Origin: Tubiluchus corallicola | Lineage: Eukaryota; Animalia; Priapulida | NCBI GenBank assembly: GCA_030141605.1 | Contig: JAQGDQ010000602.1 | Coordinates: 62,001-126,000 of the forward strand | DNA length: 64,000 nucleotides | Direction: 5' to 3' | In this document: one piece after another, positions 62,501 through 64,000 of the stretch | Layout: every line of letters starts with the position of its first letter | How positions within the stretch are numbered: the first letter of the stretch is position 1 | Position numbers and translations under genes: made by a program | The notes under the pieces: generated by a model | Database searches by the model: none | The model's input: the letters and a program-made list of their open reading frames with translations, nothing else | What the model was told of the DNA's origin: nothing

Positions 62501-63265
62501 GATGACCAAATAAGAACTAATTAACCACTGGTGAGCATCAGAACTAATGACAGTTGATACAAAATGCTTCAAAAAACATTTTTTGTCATCAGATCAAGAT
62601 CTACATCAGGGGTGTTCAAACTGCGGCCCGCAGGCCACTTGCGGCCCGCCGAGAGATCTTGTGCGACCCGCAAAGAGGTTTGTCAACGTAATGAAAGTGC
62701 GGCCCACGCGATCCAGCTGTAGTCTGCATCAATGTCGCAAAGATAGTGCGGCTAGTTTTTTCCTCTAGATCGGATGGCATTAACCCTTACAAGACCGTTG
62801 TCAATTAATGTCAATGTCGGACATGACGAAATATATGGTTTTTAATATGAATTTTAATAACTTCTAAAATAGTTTCTTGAGTGTAGTATGCAGTAGTAAT
62901 GATGTGACAGATCAGATGCAGAAAAATCGTTATTAAGTCCTACTGTACTTGGCTCCTTGACCAAACTGCATGCGGCCCACAGGAATTGCGGGAAAGTTTA
63001 ATGTGGCCCGGCTAGTCAGATAATTTGCACACCCCTGATCTACATCTTAGCTTTAAAAAAATGTAATGTCAAAACGATGCGACTGAATGCTTAATAAAGG
63101 TACACTTGAAGCTGGTTACGTACTTCTGGGTGTTGCGAGAAGCCAGGTACATTAAGAATGGCCTGGACATGATTGTCTTGAGAAGAAAATTGTGAAAGTT
63201 CTTGAGAATTCTCAGCCGAACCGATGGCCGAATCGTACTCAACTGGTTTCTTGAAAAGATGCTGA
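44595..63265 (-). CDS. IHO1: Coiled-coil protein, probable IHO1/CCDC36 (Mer2/Rec15) homolog; 5' end outside the window
   Basis: Phase-consistent exons 63265-63124, 61359-61199, 60772-60636, 58302-58199, 56650-56477, 52951-52722, 51437-51152, 49407-49317, 45319-45185 and tentatively 44972-44935, 44798-44595 (~567 codons). SQ cluster (ENSQELSQFSSQD); EYQQYMSMPSLF resembles human IFTKYQTKPQLF; ESNKEKAQEQQIKDILHTLVTMFKECITEVKSLVE resembles EEKKKRAKDKCDSETLYNFVSNVRESILRLQTSVE (human sequence from memory); then a long coiled coil and a disordered acidic tail. Confidence 0.65.
46829..48575. repeat. 35-36-bp minisatellite, ~49 copies
   Basis: ACAGTGAGATATTGCCACATTGTTAGAATCAGGGAA; variation mostly confined to the few bases after GAATCA. 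Confidence 0.97.
48623..49133 (+). mobile_element. Tc1/pogo-type MITE, copy 1
   Basis: TA|CAGTCATACCTCCGTTGTCGA ... TCGAAAACAGAGGTATGACTG|TA. Confidence 0.88.
49570..49725. repeat. ~155-bp imperfect palindrome with degenerate hammerhead-like cores
   Basis: ATTAGAAAAATCCAATATTTCTACTG / CAGTAGAAATACTAAATTTTTCTAAT arms; CTGACGAT..GAAA at 49655-49684. Confidence 0.65.
49847..49925 (+). repeat. tRNA-derived SINE head or tRNA pseudogene
   Basis: A box GTGGCCGAGTGGTCTAAG and B box GGTTCAAATCC; acceptor stem does not pair. Confidence 0.6.
50307..50804 (+). mobile_element. Tc1/pogo-type MITE, copy 2 of 48623-49133
   Basis: TA|CAGTTATAACTCGGTTTTCGA ... TCGAAAACAGAGGTATGACTG|TA; colinear internal similarity to copy 1. 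Confidence 0.88.
52045..52671. repeat. 90-bp tandem repeat, ~7 copies
   Basis: T(C/A)AAAAATG(T/C)ACA at 52051, 52141, 52231, 52321 and onward. Confidence 0.95.
53395..55153. mobile_element. Tc1/mariner-type non-autonomous element with an internal duplication and a nested MITE (53558-53879)
   Basis: TA|CAGTAGGCACTGTTTGATAGACTCAC ... GTGAGTCTATTAAGTGGCGCCAACTG|TA. Nested TA|CAGTCAACCCTCG ... CGAGGGTCGACTG|TA. ~53945-54420 is repeated at ~54445-55090. Confidence 0.75.
57047..57985. repeat. 27-bp (3 x 9) satellite with higher-order variants
   Basis: CTACTTAGACCACCTAGTCCATTAAGA; right half has a duplicated ~180-bp block. Confidence 0.95.
58537..59060 (-). mobile_element. LINE 3' fragment (RT C-terminus and tail)
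   Basis: Minus-strand HCSPNVKTHLFNSYCNSFYGMATW...LKVAHN..RKLF; (TCAAA)n-type tail at 58537-58551. Confidence 0.7.
59336..59790 (+). mobile_element. hAT (Charlie/Buster-like) deletion derivative
   Basis: TIR TAGTGGTTCTTAACCT / AGGTTAAGAACCACTG; TSD ATGTATAC / ATGTATAA; retains a transposase C-terminus DMRVALAKVKPRISELVSQRQQQQSR*. Confidence 0.88.
60110..60479. mobile_element. MITE-like dispersed repeat (copy of 18929-19304)
   Basis: TAATAAGCCTTTT ... AAAAGGCTTAATA ends; CAGGTCAAAGGTCAAG / CTTAACCTTTGACCT. Confidence 0.7.
61400..62200. repeat. 32-bp tandem array interrupted by a small palindromic insertion (~61446-61633)
   Basis: AAAGAGTAGTATGACTGAATGTATCTACACTC units at 61675-62200 and 61400-61445; insert has inverted ends AGACTAAAGAGTTTTCTCTC / GAGAGAAAACCGTCTAGTCT. 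Confidence 0.85.
62607..63037 (+). mobile_element. hAT (Charlie-like) MITE
   Basis: CAGGGGTGTTCAAAC ... ATTTGCACACCCCTG with exact 8-bp TSD ATCTACAT. Confidence 0.92.
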
Positions 63266-63559
63266 CTGAAAAATTCAAACAAAAATGCAAATTAACTTTG
63301 GTTCAAGAATTTTAGTTTTCCTGGCTGCATTATAGTCTGAAGTTCTTCGTATTGCTAGCCTGTACGTCGAACAATGTTTCAATAGGTGAACTAGTGACTC
63401 CAATGGCAGCTCATGTATAGGTACTGTGGCACTGCAGCATTCTACATTTCCACTTGATACTATCAATAATATTCAATATAATAGTATATTTTCTTTATAC
63501 ATGTACAGAACCAGAGCACATGAAGGTAGTACTGTTACAGCTTTACAGCTCAGCACAGT

Positions 63560-63961
63560 CAGGGTTCACACACAATTTTAAAATAAGTTTCCCTGACTTT
63601 TCCCTTACCAAATATTGATTTTCCGTGATCAAGATAAGCCAAAATTGCATTACTAGTATACATGATCAAACATGGACATTCATGCATATACTGATACAAA
63701 ATATGTCGACCAATCATAATTTTTGGAACAGAAATCTAAACTCGGAGCCTCCATAGCAAAACGTTTTTTTGAACACGAATCGTTTGGAAAAATATCGGTT
63801 CACAGAGATTATTTTTGCAACCCTTTCCAATTTCCCTGACTTTTCGCCCCAATTTCATCATTTTCCCTGACTTTTTACCAAATTATCTTTTTCCCTGACT
63901 TTTCCACAACTTTCCAGGATAGCCTGTATTTAAAGGATTTTCCCTGACAGTGGGAACACTG
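63560..63961. mobile_element. MITE with TTCCCTGAC subterminal repeats, nested in an older element
   Basis: CAGGGTTCACAC ... GTGGGAACACTG termini flanked by ACAGT on both sides; multiple TTCCCTGAC motifs. Confidence 0.65.
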
Positions 63962-64000
63962 ACAGTAAATGTGGTGTTTGGTTGTTGTGCGCATGTAGCC

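Overview
AT-rich, intron- and repeat-rich animal genomic DNA (invertebrate; possibly a tunicate, but the species cannot be fixed from sequence). Most of the ORF track is noise, so genes were rebuilt by hand from splice sites and intron phases. Four spliced genes: (1) the 5' two exons of an alpha-arrestin (ARRDC) gene on the minus strand; (2) a complete 8-exon divergent ARRDC paralog (408 aa, PPxY tail) on the plus strand; (3) a complete 8-exon minus-strand gene (~590 aa) fusing an F-box, a Cys-rich segment and a full but divergent actin fold, which is the most unusual object here; (4) a 5'-truncated minus-strand coiled-coil gene resembling meiotic IHO1/CCDC36 (Mer2). Between the ARRDC genes lie a P-superfamily THAP transposon with both ends intact (63-bp TIRs, 8-bp TSD, disabled transposase) and an RTE-derived retroelement whose 5' end coincides with a twister-ribozyme cleavage site. 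Introns hold many MITEs, LINE fragments, two palindromes with Penelope-type hammerhead remnants, a perfect 213-bp inverted duplication and about a dozen tandem arrays, two of which multiply an exon's own splice donor. Protein and RNA similarities are recalled from memory and need confirmation by search.
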